Below, piece after piece: positions 1-9,867 of a stretch of 64,000 nt of DNA. The stretch is taken from contig CBCXTT010000003.1 in the NCBI GenBank assembly GCA_965178295.1, forward strand, positions 88,114 through 152,113, given 5' to 3'. The notes under the pieces are model-generated. The model worked only from the letters and a program-made list of their open reading frames with translations. It did not search any database and had not been told where the DNA came from. The translations under genes were made by a program, and so were the position numbers. Origin of the DNA: Alphaproteobacteria bacterium. Lineage in GTDB: Bacteria; Pseudomonadota; Alphaproteobacteria; UBA7879. Each line of letters begins with the position of its first letter. The first letter of the stretch is position 1.

Positions 1-561
1 GTACCTGCTGGAGCCCAAAAAGTGGAGGTGGAGCGCTCACTACCTATGCGAGCATTGCTTCAAGAAATGCTTGAGACATCTAATAACTTATTTGCCGACA
101 TCATATTCTTGACAACAGCACTAGATGTTGATCCTAATGTAAAAACATGGAGGCGTGCTGCACAGGGGATGCAGTCATATTTACAAGATGTCTATGGTGT
201 TGAATTAGAAAATAGCTGTTTTTTGGATGGTTCTGGAATTGGGCGTCCAGCACTTATAATGCCACAGCAAATGAGTAAATTGCTGAAAGAAGTTTATAAC
301 GATAAGTATATTTTTGATGCGCTGAAAACTATGTTCACAGTACCAGGCGGACGCGGATTTCCTAAGGGAAAATTTATGCATTTTAACAATAGCCTATGGA
401 TTAAACGCGGAAGCATGAACGGCATTTTTAATATGACGGGATATGTGCAAGATGGGTCGGGGAGATTGTATGCGCTGACCCTTTTGATAAATCATTTTCT
501 AGAGCAGCCGTCTGATCAGTACAATAAGGTGGAGCGTCTTTTGAAAACTATTATACCTTGA
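1..561 (+). CDS. C-terminal fragment of a D-alanyl-D-alanine carboxypeptidase/endopeptidase (PBP4/DacB-like, peptidase S13); the 5' end lies outside the window
   Basis: Frame 1 is open from position 1 to the stop at 561. The 179-aa translation looks like a PBP4 C-terminal region (…FLDGSGIGR…LTLLINH…). It sits next to other cell-wall genes (mltB, rlpA, dac). Confidence 0.45.
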   Translation, partial: VPAGAQKVEVERSLPMRALLQEMLETSNNLFADIIFLTTALDVDPNVKTWRRAAQGMQSYLQDVYGVELENSCFLDGSGIGRPALIMPQQMSKLLKEVYNDKYIFDALKTMFTVPGGRGFPKGKFMHFNNSLWIKRGSMNGIFNMTGYVQDGSGRLYALTLLINHFLEQPSDQYNKVERLLKTIIP

Positions 562-781
562 TAGAGAGGGTGAAAAATTAAGTTTCTATGTTTTTCTCTT
601 CTTGTTAAGCGCTTTATGTGGCGATAGTGAACGCGCAGGCTGTAACGTAAGTGCGGATTGTAATATAAATGTAAATAAAGGATGTACTGGAACAGACAAA
701 AATATTGGAACAAGATAGCAGTACAAAAGAATGCGAACAATATTTAAAAAAATTTTATTAATTTTAAGATTAATAGGCATG

Positions 782-817
782 AAATACAGAGGCTCTCTAA
801 AATACAGAGGCTCTCTA
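782..817. repeat. Perfect 18-bp tandem duplication (aaatacagaggctctcta x2) in a 1-kb non-coding gap
   Basis: Read directly: coordinates 782-799 equal 800-817. Confidence 0.9.
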
Positions 818-1698
818 TATGAATCTGCGTCTAATATGCGAGGTATGAGTATGCATGAAAAAAAGTGACCGCTTCTCCTGGAGCGTCAAGTCCCTACAGA
901 AGAAAGAAGAGAAAATCCGTCATTGTACGTGCTGCTGACAAGGGTTTTTAAGCCCTTGGTATCTCAGTGCGGCGCCAACTAGTGGATCCTTTGAGTGTCC
1001 TTTATTTTGAACAAATCTTCACTGAAGAGCACGGCAACAGTACGATGGTATTATTTAGATAATGCTATAACATATTATTTTCTACTATCATTGATCTCGG
1101 ATCTGGATTCACACAAAATTTTTTATGGATAGATAGACGTTGTTTCAAGTGTCAACGGATTTTTTTAAAATATCAGATTATGCTTTTCTAATACCGAATG
1201 ATGTGCGAGCAGACGCTTACAAAAAGGGTATGACTGTGGGACTCTTAAATACACGGCTGTTGAATCAAACGATGGAGGTGAGAGTTTAAGCGCACAATAG
1301 GCGCTCTGCCTAGGATCGGAGTGGACTGGATTTTTGTGATACCAGGAGTGGATGAAGTGATGGAAATTGGCACTTGCTGATGAGAGGCGGAGATAAGCAA
1401 TCTCCTAATTTTGTTCCGGAAGAAGGGTAAAATCAACCAAGATAAATTTTGTGCAGATGTGCGATGGAGTGCTTTAATCTCCTGTACGTGTTCGGGAAAG
1501 TGAAAAAATTATGACTTATTTTGCAACACATGAGCCTTTCGTGTAAGTGGTACCACGCCAGGTATCGCTGTGTAAAAAAAGATATCAGGTAGGTACACGT
1601 GGAATCAAAAGAGCGTCAGTATGTATATGACATTGAAAGGCGACGGTGTTTTTTCTTTTCCTTTGACAAGACGGGCGCGCACTTGCAACACTAGTATC

Positions 1699-2658
1699 AT
1701 GCGTTTATTTCTTGTGTTTATGTGTTGTGCATTCTATGCATCATCAGTGATAGCAGAGGATTTTCTTTCTTGGAAAAAAGGTTTTTTAGCACAGGCAAAC
1801 GCACAAGGGATTACTAAAGAAACACTCAAAAAAGCTTTTCAAAATATCGATGGCCCTATTTTAAAAATTATTCAGCTTGATCGAAACCAAGCAGAATTTA
1901 AAGCGAGCTTGAACAGTTACCAAAAAGACCGCTTGACTCCTAATATTAAGCTAGGTCGACAGCATATGGAGAATCACAAAACATTGCTGAACACTATTGC
2001 TCAAGAAAGTGGAGTACCGCCTGAAATCATTGTCGCACTTTGGGGTATTGAGACACGTTTTGGTAAGATTACGGGAGGCTTTCCTGTTGTCCATGCATTA
2101 GCGACTCTTGCTTACGAGGGGCGCCGGAGAAAATTTTTTGAACATGAACTCCGTCTTGCATTACAAATACTTCAAGAAGGGCATGTTTCCCTTAAAGATA
2201 TGCAGGGCTCATGGGCAGGTGCGATGGGACAGTGTCAATTTATGCCAAGTAGCTTTTTGGCTCATGCGCGGGATGCAGATGGAGATGGTCGTAAAAATAT
2301 TTGGACATCACATCATGACGTCTTTGCCTCAATTGCAAACTATCTAAAGAGTGTTGGATGGAAGCTTGATACTGCGTGGGGAGAAGAAGTCCATGTGCCG
2401 GAACATATGATTCTCAATATGCCATCAGAAAAAGAAGTTCGCCCAGTATCGCACTGGTTAAAGGTTGGGATTATTCCACTGAAGTCTGACTACGAAGATT
2501 TATCTACACCGGCATCACTGATTCAAGTATATGACGATAAAAATGCGCGTAGTATCACATTTATGGTTTACGCAAACTTCAAAAGTATACTAAAGTGGAA
2601 CAGATCTAATTTTTTTTCGCTGACAGTTTGTCAGTTATCCGATATCTTAAAAAAATAG
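1699..2658 (+). CDS. mltB: Lytic murein transglycosylase (MltB family). The likely start is the ATG at 1699 (signal peptide MRLFLVFMCCAFYASSVIA). The longest ORF begins at 1621.
   Basis: Contains the GQCQFMPSSF motif and surrounding region typical of MltB-like lytic transglycosylases. N-terminal hydrophobic signal sequence. Confidence 0.75.
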   Translation: MRLFLVFMCCAFYASSVIAEDFLSWKKGFLAQANAQGITKETLKKAFQNIDGPILKIIQLDRNQAEFKASLNSYQKDRLTPNIKLGRQHMENHKTLLNTIAQESGVPPEIIVALWGIETRFGKITGGFPVVHALATLAYEGRRRKFFEHELRLALQILQEGHVSLKDMQGSWAGAMGQCQFMPSSFLAHARDADGDGRKNIWTSHHDVFASIANYLKSVGWKLDTAWGEEVHVPEHMILNMPSEKEVRPVSHWLKVGIIPLKSDYEDLSTPASLIQVYDDKNARSITFMVYANFKSILKWNRSNFFSLTVCQLSDILKK

Positions 2659-2669
2659 TGGTGACGCAC

Positions 2670-3749
2670 ATGGTAAAAAACATTTTATTCTCCCTGCAGA
2701 TGCTGATTCTTCTGGGGCTGACAGGCTGTTTTGTACCGTCTGTAAGGCATGAGATTGAAGAGAAGCCTATTACCTTTGATATGGATACATACAAGAATCT
2801 TCAGACCCAGGAGACAAAGAATTCCAGACCAACATGGATGGCAACAAAGGGTGAAGGGGTTTATAAGGTCGGAAAGCCTTATAAAGTAAATGGTATTTGG
2901 TATTTTCCAAAAGAAGATTATAAATACGATGAGGTTGGTATTGCATCGTGGTATGGGCCAGGGTTTCATATGAAAAATACGGCAAACGGAGAAGTGTTTG
3001 ATATGAATCTCGTCAGTGCTGCGCACAAAACATTGCCTCTGCCATCGGTTGTGAAGGTAAAAAACATGGACAATGGTCGCTCCATTACAGTACGTGTTAA
3101 TGATCGCGGGCCTTTTGTGAATGATCGTATTATTGACCTTTCCCGTAAAGCAGCAGAGCTGCTGGGTATTCTTGGACAAGGTACAGCCAAGGTGCACGTT
3201 CAGCTGTTGTCCGAAGAAAGCATGACGGCAGCCTCTTTAGCACAAAACAAGGTTTATGTTAAGGAGAGTGGCGCCTTGCCACCCGTACAGAATGGCTCTG
3301 TGAAGGTGACCAGTCATTCTGTGCCTAATATGTCGCCTGATGCCAAAGATTTGATGCCCGCTGGTTTTTCAGCGCATGCAGGTGTGACGCCTGCATCAAG
3401 CGCTGCTTCTATGGGGAGTAAAGATGGGGCAATTGATATTACAAATGAGGTAGAAGCCCATGATCTTACGCCAGCAGAAAAGAAAGCGCATGACCCACAT
3501 CACATTATACCATCGTCTTCAGGAAACATCTATGTTCAGGTGGGGGCCTTTGGAAATAAGGATAATGCAAAACGCATGGTTCAAACATTAAGTCATTTAG
3601 GTGGTGCAAAAATATATCCCCTAGATGTGGATGGCCATACAGTGCATCGTGTCCGCATGGGGCCGTATGATGACACAGCTGATGCACGGCAGGTGCATGA
3701 TGCGGTTATGGATACAGGGCATACGGATGTGAAAGTATTGATGGAATAG
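2670..3749 (+). CDS. rlpA: Septal-ring lytic transglycosylase RlpA family lipoprotein (double-psi beta-barrel domain plus C-terminal SPOR-like domain)
   Basis: Lipoprotein-type signal (…LILLGLTGCF). RlpA core (WYGPGFHMKNTANGEVFDMN…VRVNDRGPFV). The C-terminal segment resembles a SPOR domain. The ORF track start 2628 is upstream, but the ATG at 2670 gives the signal peptide. Confidence 0.75.
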   Translation: MVKNILFSLQMLILLGLTGCFVPSVRHEIEEKPITFDMDTYKNLQTQETKNSRPTWMATKGEGVYKVGKPYKVNGIWYFPKEDYKYDEVGIASWYGPGFHMKNTANGEVFDMNLVSAAHKTLPLPSVVKVKNMDNGRSITVRVNDRGPFVNDRIIDLSRKAAELLGILGQGTAKVHVQLLSEESMTAASLAQNKVYVKESGALPPVQNGSVKVTSHSVPNMSPDAKDLMPAGFSAHAGVTPASSAASMGSKDGAIDITNEVEAHDLTPAEKKAHDPHHIIPSSSGNIYVQVGAFGNKDNAKRMVQTLSHLGGAKIYPLDVDGHTVHRVRMGPYDDTADARQVHDAVMDTGHTDVKVLME

Positions 3750-3764
3750 AATGACGGGATAATA

Positions 3765-4895
3765 ATGAAGCGGTTTTTTTTGTGCTTACTATGTGTTGTG
3801 CGTTGTTGCGAGATGCAGGCGACTAATATTGCTGAAGGGGCAAAACAAGTTATTTTGATAGAGATGGATACGGGACGTATTCTCTTTGAAAAGAATGCAG
3901 ACGCGCCCATGGCGCCTTCTTCGTTGGCTAAAATTGTAGCGGTTATGCCTATATTTGAGCGTATCAAAGAAGGACGCCTCAGCTTAAATGATACTTTGCA
4001 TGTGAGCGAAAAAGCCTGGAAGAGAGAAGGGTCGCGCACATTCTTGGAGCCTAATACTACTGCAACAGTGGAAGATTTGTTGCGGGGGGTGATCGTCCAA
4101 TCTGGGAACGATGCAACCACCGTTCTCGCCGAAGGCATTTCAGGGAGTGAAGAAAATTTTGCTGCAGAAATGACAAGGTTAGCAAAAAAATTAGGGGCGC
4201 AGAATACAAATTTTGGCAATGCATCTGGATTGCCGCATCCGCATAATACATCAACGGCGCGCGATTTGGCGATGATAAGTCGTGCGTTAGTGAAGCGTTA
4301 TCCGCAATTCTACCCGCTTTTTGCGGAGCGTGAGTTTACGTATAACAAAATCCGCCAAGGTAATCGCAATCCTTTACTTTATAAGCCCGGTCTGAAAGTT
4401 GATGGCATCAAAACAGGGGTAACTAATTTAGGCGGATACGGCATTGTGGCGTCTGCCGTTGAAAATGGGATGCGTTTGATTTTAGTTGCAAACGGAACGT
4501 CTAACGTCAATGATCGCTCGCGTATTAGCGAATCCCTTCTGCGCTGGGGGTTCAGAGAGTTTAAAAAACATCATCTATTTTTGGCCGGTGATGTTTTAGG
4601 TGCTGCAAATGTATGGCTTGGGACGGAAGGCAAGGTAAAGCTTGTGGTTCCCGAAGACATCGTGATAGTTTTATCCTATATGGAGCAGAAAAAAATAAAG
4701 GCAACGCTTGTATATATGGATCCTATCATGGCACCAATACAAGAAGGTCAGAAAGTGGCTGAAATTGTTATTGAAATTTTAGGACAGGAAAATCTTACAT
4801 TTCCAATTGTTGCGGGCAACTCTGTTGGAGAAGTCGGATCTTTTGGCCGTGCGATTTCTGCTCTGCATTCCTTGCTTTGGGGCACAGGAAAGTGA
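3765..4895 (+). CDS. Serine-type D-Ala-D-Ala carboxypeptidase (PBP5/6 family, DacA/DacC-like)
   Basis: SxxK (PSSLAKI), SGN (VQSGNDA) and KTG (IKTGVTN) active-site motifs in the canonical order. Signal peptide present. Confidence 0.8.
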   Translation: MKRFFLCLLCVVRCCEMQATNIAEGAKQVILIEMDTGRILFEKNADAPMAPSSLAKIVAVMPIFERIKEGRLSLNDTLHVSEKAWKREGSRTFLEPNTTATVEDLLRGVIVQSGNDATTVLAEGISGSEENFAAEMTRLAKKLGAQNTNFGNASGLPHPHNTSTARDLAMISRALVKRYPQFYPLFAEREFTYNKIRQGNRNPLLYKPGLKVDGIKTGVTNLGGYGIVASAVENGMRLILVANGTSNVNDRSRISESLLRWGFREFKKHHLFLAGDVLGAANVWLGTEGKVKLVVPEDIVIVLSYMEQKKIKATLVYMDPIMAPIQEGQKVAEIVIEILGQENLTFPIVAGNSVGEVGSFGRAISALHSLLWGTGK

Positions 4896-5545
4896 GGGAT
4901 GGAAAATTCATCACCTTTGAAGGAGGTGAGGGAGCTGGGAAATCTACTCAAATCAATCAATTGAAAGACGCATTGACATTAAGTGGTTTTGAGGTTGTGG
5001 TAACGAGGGAGCCTGGTGGAACGCCTGGCGCAGAACATGTACGTGCGCTCCTTACGCAAGGAAGAAGTGATGACTGGGACGGTGTATCTGAGGCATTGCT
5101 CTTATATGCCGCACGTCGTGATCTGGTAGATAAAATAATTAGGCCTGCATTGTCACGTGGATGTTGGGTGCTCAGTGACCGGTTTTATGATTCAACGCGT
5201 GTCTACCAAGGTATTGCCCGTGGCATTGGCTTGAATGCCGTGAGCGCAATTCATCAAGTAGCACTGGGGGATTTTACGCCTGATCTCACACTGTTTTTTG
5301 ATCTCTCCCCAGAGGAAGGGTTGATCCGCTCTTGGACAAGAGCGGATGATTTGGGGGGGAGCGCACCAGACCGTTTTGAACGTTTAGGCGCGTCTTTTCA
5401 TAAAAAAATTTATGAAGGATATCAAACAATAATGGCAGGTGACAATCGATTTGTACAAATTGATGCAACATCATGTGTATTAAGAATTGCGCAAACAGTG
5501 TGTGATGTCGTTGCTGAGAGATTTTCAATAATACTTGAACGATAG
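4877..5545 (+). CDS. tmk: Thymidylate kinase. The start is non-ATG (TTG at 4877 or GTG at 4892) and overlaps the dac stop codon.
   Basis: P-loop FITFEGGEGAGKSTQ plus the LSDRFYDST and QGIARG regions characteristic of Tmk. Confidence 0.85.
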   Translation: MGHRKVRDGKFITFEGGEGAGKSTQINQLKDALTLSGFEVVVTREPGGTPGAEHVRALLTQGRSDDWDGVSEALLLYAARRDLVDKIIRPALSRGCWVLSDRFYDSTRVYQGIARGIGLNAVSAIHQVALGDFTPDLTLFFDLSPEEGLIRSWTRADDLGGSAPDRFERLGASFHKKIYEGYQTIMAGDNRFVQIDATSCVLRIAQTVCDVVAERFSIILER

Positions 5546-6542
5546 AGAGTATCAACACATGAAAATGGCATATGAAAATGATGTGCTGTACGGTCATCAA
5601 CATGTCCGCAATGTTCTCCTGGAATCACAGGCGCAGAGACGCTTGCACCATGCGTGGCTTTTTTCTGGTCCTGCAGGGGTTGGAAAAGCGACATGCACCT
5701 ATCAACTGATCCGCTATCTTTTTGAGGACAGTGTCCGTGATTTTAACACAGCGATAAAAGCGCCAACCCATCAAAATCATTTGCTCAAATCTTTGGGACA
5801 TCCTGACCTTTTGGTTGTTCAAGCTCCAGAAGATACACAATCCATCTCGATTGAATCAGTGAGAGAAATTAGGGAGTTTATTCACAAAACATCAGCTATG
5901 GCCCCGTATAGGGCTGTGATTATTGACGGGGTTGAGTTGATGACTCTCCAAGCCTCTAATGCACTGCTAAAAAGTTTAGAGGAGCCACCAAAAAATGTCT
6001 TGTTTTTCTTGATCGCGCACAACAAAGGCGGTGTTTTGTCAACGATCCGATCTAGATGTTTTTCTCTTGAATTTACCACCTTGCCCTTTGATATTTTTCA
6101 GGACTTTTTTGATGATATGGCCCAGGCTTATTATGCACTTTCTCGCGGTCGAGTGGGATGGGCGCTTGCTTTTGAAGATCTGGGTGGCATTACTTTGTAT
6201 GATCAGCTTCTTTCGTGCTTAATAGGGATAAAAACACGTGCGTCAGATAGTTTGACTTTTGCTCCGCTTTTTTCTCGGGAAATGCAAGTGACTTCGCCTT
6301 TTATGCAAGAGCTTTTTCAGTGGTGGGTGCAGCGCTTGATACGTGGGATTGCGACAGAAGAAGTCCCCACATTTATTTCGGCAGTAGATCAGAGAGCATG
6401 GCACGTTTTTTCTGCTGACGATAATATTGAAAATTTTCTTTCGATCTCGGCAAAGCTTCCAGATGTTTTTCGTGAAATCGCGCAGTTAAATCTTGACCCT
6501 AGACCCGTACTAATGAATACTTTGCTGAGCATTGCTAAATAG
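5535..6542 (+). CDS. holB: DNA polymerase III delta' subunit
   Basis: HAWLFSGPAGVGKATCTYQL…, an AAA+ clamp-loader fold, positioned between tmk and metG as in many alphaproteobacteria. Confidence 0.8.
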   Translation: MNDREYQHMKMAYENDVLYGHQHVRNVLLESQAQRRLHHAWLFSGPAGVGKATCTYQLIRYLFEDSVRDFNTAIKAPTHQNHLLKSLGHPDLLVVQAPEDTQSISIESVREIREFIHKTSAMAPYRAVIIDGVELMTLQASNALLKSLEEPPKNVLFFLIAHNKGGVLSTIRSRCFSLEFTTLPFDIFQDFFDDMAQAYYALSRGRVGWALAFEDLGGITLYDQLLSCLIGIKTRASDSLTFAPLFSREMQVTSPFMQELFQWWVQRLIRGIATEEVPTFISAVDQRAWHVFSADDNIENFLSISAKLPDVFREIAQLNLDPRPVLMNTLLSIAK

Positions 6543-6553
6543 ATCAATAAAAG

Positions 6554-8089
6554 ATGAAAACGTACTATATTACTACCCCAATTTATTATGTAAATGATGT
6601 GCCACATATAGGGCATGCATATACCAGTGTCGCTTGTGATATGATCGCACGCTTTATGCGCCTTGATGGCTATGCTGTTAAGTTTCTGACTGGGACGGAT
6701 GAGCATGGGAAAAAAGTGGCTACAGCTGCCGATGCGTCAGGCATTGCGCCCCAAGATTTTGTGAATAGAGTGTCTCAGAATTTTCAAGAACTCTTAATAG
6801 CGATGAATTTTTCTTGCGATGGTTTTATTCGTACGACACACGCAAATCATATAACTGCCGCGCAAGCGCTATGGGAAAAAATTTCGGATAACGGTTATAT
6901 ATACTTGGACACATACGCTGGTTGGTATGCCGTGCGAGATGAGGCGTTTTATCTTGAGGCCGATCTTGTGGATGGAAAAGCCCCTACAGGGGCAGAGGTT
7001 GAGTGGCTGGAAGAATTAAGCTATTTCTTTGCTCTGTCTAAATGGCAGAAACCACTTTTGGATTTTTATGAGACACATCCTAATTTTATTGCCCCTTTAT
7101 CGCGGCGTAATGAGGTGATGAATTTTGTCAAATCAGGGTTAAGGGATTTTTCTATCTCTAGAACAAGTTTTTCCTGGGGCATTCCTGTGCCCGGTGATCC
7201 CGCTCATGTTATGTATGTCTGGTTTGATGCGTTGACGAACTATATTTCAGCAGCGGGATACCCGGACATAGAGGGAGAAAGGTTTTACAACGTATGGCCA
7301 GCCGATCTGCACATGGTCGGTAAAGATATCCTTCGCTTCCATGCTGTCTATTGGCCTGCGATGTTGATGTCTGCAGGGCTTTCTCCCCCTAAAAAGGTGT
7401 TTGCTCATGGGTTTTGGACCAATGCTGGACACAAGATGTCTAAGTCGCTCGGTAATGGTGTTGATCCTTTTGCGCTCATTGAAAAGTATGGTGTTGATCC
7501 TGTGCGTTATTTTATGTTGAGTGAGATACCGTTTGGGCACGATGGAGATTTCTTGCATCAGTCCATGGTGAATCGCTTGAACAGTAATTTGTCAAATGAT
7601 TTAGGTAATCTTGTGCAGCGCTCTCTTTCTATGATTGCAGTAAATTGCGGTAATCAACTTCCTGTATTTGGGGCTTTGACAGCTGAGGATAATACGCTCC
7701 TGGATCAGGCAAATAAATTAATTGATATTGTGCGGCCGCTGATTGTTGGAACACAAGCACTACACAAATATTGCGCGGAAATTTGGAATGTTGTGAGGGC
7801 AGCTAATCAATATGTAGACTATCAAGCTCCATGGGCGTTAAAACGGACAGATCCTGCGCGTATGCAGACAGTATTGTATGTTTTAGCTGAAACGCTTAGG
7901 TGTGTGGGGATTCTTTTGCAGCCCGTTATGCCAGCGTCAGCTTGCAAGATATTAGATGCTTTGTCTGTCCCTCAAGACAAGCGGTCTTTTTCCTCCCTTT
8001 CAGTATTAGACGCCCTCACTCCGGGTACATATTTTCCAGATCCAGAGCCAATCTTTCCGCGTATGATCGACGAGGTTGCGGATGCCTAA
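6554..8089 (+). CDS. metG: Methionine--tRNA ligase (short form, ~511 aa)
   Basis: HIGH motif (VPHIGHAYT) and KMSKS motif (KMSKSLGN). Confidence 0.9.
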   Translation: MKTYYITTPIYYVNDVPHIGHAYTSVACDMIARFMRLDGYAVKFLTGTDEHGKKVATAADASGIAPQDFVNRVSQNFQELLIAMNFSCDGFIRTTHANHITAAQALWEKISDNGYIYLDTYAGWYAVRDEAFYLEADLVDGKAPTGAEVEWLEELSYFFALSKWQKPLLDFYETHPNFIAPLSRRNEVMNFVKSGLRDFSISRTSFSWGIPVPGDPAHVMYVWFDALTNYISAAGYPDIEGERFYNVWPADLHMVGKDILRFHAVYWPAMLMSAGLSPPKKVFAHGFWTNAGHKMSKSLGNGVDPFALIEKYGVDPVRYFMLSEIPFGHDGDFLHQSMVNRLNSNLSNDLGNLVQRSLSMIAVNCGNQLPVFGALTAEDNTLLDQANKLIDIVRPLIVGTQALHKYCAEIWNVVRAANQYVDYQAPWALKRTDPARMQTVLYVLAETLRCVGILLQPVMPASACKILDALSVPQDKRSFSSLSVLDALTPGTYFPDPEPIFPRMIDEVADA

Positions 8090-8873
8090 TCTGCGGCTTA
8101 TAGACTCCCATTGTCATCTTAATTATCCGGAGCTCCATGATAATCTGGATGCTGTGGTGGCGCGTGCTAAAGAAGCTGGGGTTAAGAGGTTGCTCACCAT
8201 CTCAACAAAATTAGACCAAACCCATAACTTGTTGAAGATTACGGAGACATATCCTGAAATCTACGCAACGGTAGGGGTGCACCCGCACGATGTGGAAGAG
8301 GAGGGGGTGCCTAGTTGTAGTGATCTGATGACTAGAACAAAAAACCCTAAAATTGTAGGAATTGGTGAAACAGGTCTTGATTACTACTATGAGCACACAG
8401 ATAGAATAAAACAGCAACAAAGTTTTATCGCGCATATCCAAGCGGCCGCTCAATTAGACTTGCCTTTGATCATTCACAGTCGAGCCGCAGAAGAAGATAT
8501 TGTAGGAATTCTTCAGGATGAAAAGGTATCCGCGCGCAATAGACCTGGTGTGATACACTGCTTTTCAGGGACACGTTCCTTTGCTCATACAGCATTAGAA
8601 ATGGGATTTTATATCTCTATTTCTGGTATTGTGACATTTAAAAACGCTAATATGTTGCGTGATATTGTATGTGATTTGCCTCTAGAGAAAATGCTTATTG
8701 AGACAGATGCACCCTATCTGGCGCCGGTGCCACATAGGGGGAAACCTAATGAGCCTGCATTTGTTGTGCATACAGCGCAAGCCCTGGCTTCCCTGAAAGG
8801 CGTATCTCTAGAGGAAGTGGGCATGCATACAACAAATAATTTCTTTACACTTTTCCAAAAGGCTACCGTATGA
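8076..8873 (+). CDS. tatD: TatD family metal-dependent DNase/hydrolase
   Basis: IDSHCHLN…GVHPH…IGETGLDY…ETDAPYL signature. Overlaps the metG stop. Confidence 0.85.
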   Translation: MRMPNLRLIDSHCHLNYPELHDNLDAVVARAKEAGVKRLLTISTKLDQTHNLLKITETYPEIYATVGVHPHDVEEEGVPSCSDLMTRTKNPKIVGIGETGLDYYYEHTDRIKQQQSFIAHIQAAAQLDLPLIIHSRAAEEDIVGILQDEKVSARNRPGVIHCFSGTRSFAHTALEMGFYISISGIVTFKNANMLRDIVCDLPLEKMLIETDAPYLAPVPHRGKPNEPAFVVHTAQALASLKGVSLEEVGMHTTNNFFTLFQKATV

Positions 8874-9867
8874 CGCTTGATGTATATGCACGCATTTTGA
8901 AGGGCGCTGTATCTCAGTGGCACTCTGATTATTGAACAGTTTTGAGGTACCCTTGCTCGCTTGATGAAGACAAAAAAGTAAGATATATCTGATGGCATGT
9001 GCACAGAATGGTTTTATGTAAACATTCGAGGGCTTCTTAGCGGTGAGTTGATTATGCCTCTCAATAGAATGCATGTGTGCCCTAGATGAGCACCGCCCTG
9101 CGTCCTGCAAGACATATTTGAGCGGTGTGTTGCATGTGTATTATGGGTCTCAGCAGCACATTGATTGTGCATGCTGATCTCTCGCAGAGGCGTATCGGGC
9201 GCACATGGATTATATGATATACTGCCGTAATAATAGAATATCTCTCCAATGTTTTGCGCTATCCTACGGTGGGCTAGAACTTACTTTGATCTGAACGGCT
9301 GTATCAATACTATGCAGGATATTGTTCACTTAGCCACCTGAAGCTTGTATCCATCTTATTGTTCTTTGTTGCACAAGACATAATATGATAGAGTATAGCG
9401 TTGTTAAAGCGCCCTAAAATCTCCAGTAGCACTGGGTGTTGTGAGAAAAAGCATTCCATTATCAAAAAACACCGCTGCGATGAATGTGACATACGCCTAA
9501 AAACAGGAAGGAGCGGTGCGCAGAAGTTCTGTAAGAGTGAAAGAATAGGTAGTGTCACAAACTCTAGACGCATGTCGAGTGTGCAGACATCTTCGATCCA
9601 GAATTTACACAAATTTACCTGCGCAATACTCGTCATAACAAGACATAAGACAATTATGGCTTCTAGAAACATAACCGCCATTTTTTATGGCTCTTGGTTA
9701 TGTTATGTTGACGCGTCCCTTGCATCAAGGCGTAATATGCAAAGATTGCTTCTTTGAAACAAATCCACTGTTGTATGCGTATATATGTTGTATGCATATA
9801 TTATGTATTGCGGATTTACGTTCGGCATGATACAATTGTGGAATGGTTAATAAAATGGAGGAATGCA

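Noticed and set aside
2685-4219. Minus-strand ORFs 2685..3197 (170 aa) and 3593..4219 (208 aa), plus many 60-110-aa ORFs antisense to or inside conserved genes, for example 5286..5603, 21331..21636 and 35184..35378
   Set aside because: They lie entirely within well-supported conserved genes on the opposite strand or in another frame. They are low-complexity translations typical of random open frames.
8905-8960. tRNA-like fragment (…gctgtatctcagtggcac…) downstream of tatD
   Set aside because: It resembles a D-loop only superficially. No acceptor-stem pairing and no GTTCRANYC T-loop could be found. No tRNA is confidently identifiable by eye anywhere in the window.
9310-9757. Overlapping 118-123-aa ORFs on both strands in the tatD-to-hypothetical gap
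   Set aside because: They are mutually antisense, AT-rich and low-complexity with no family resemblance. More consistent with non-coding or decayed sequence.
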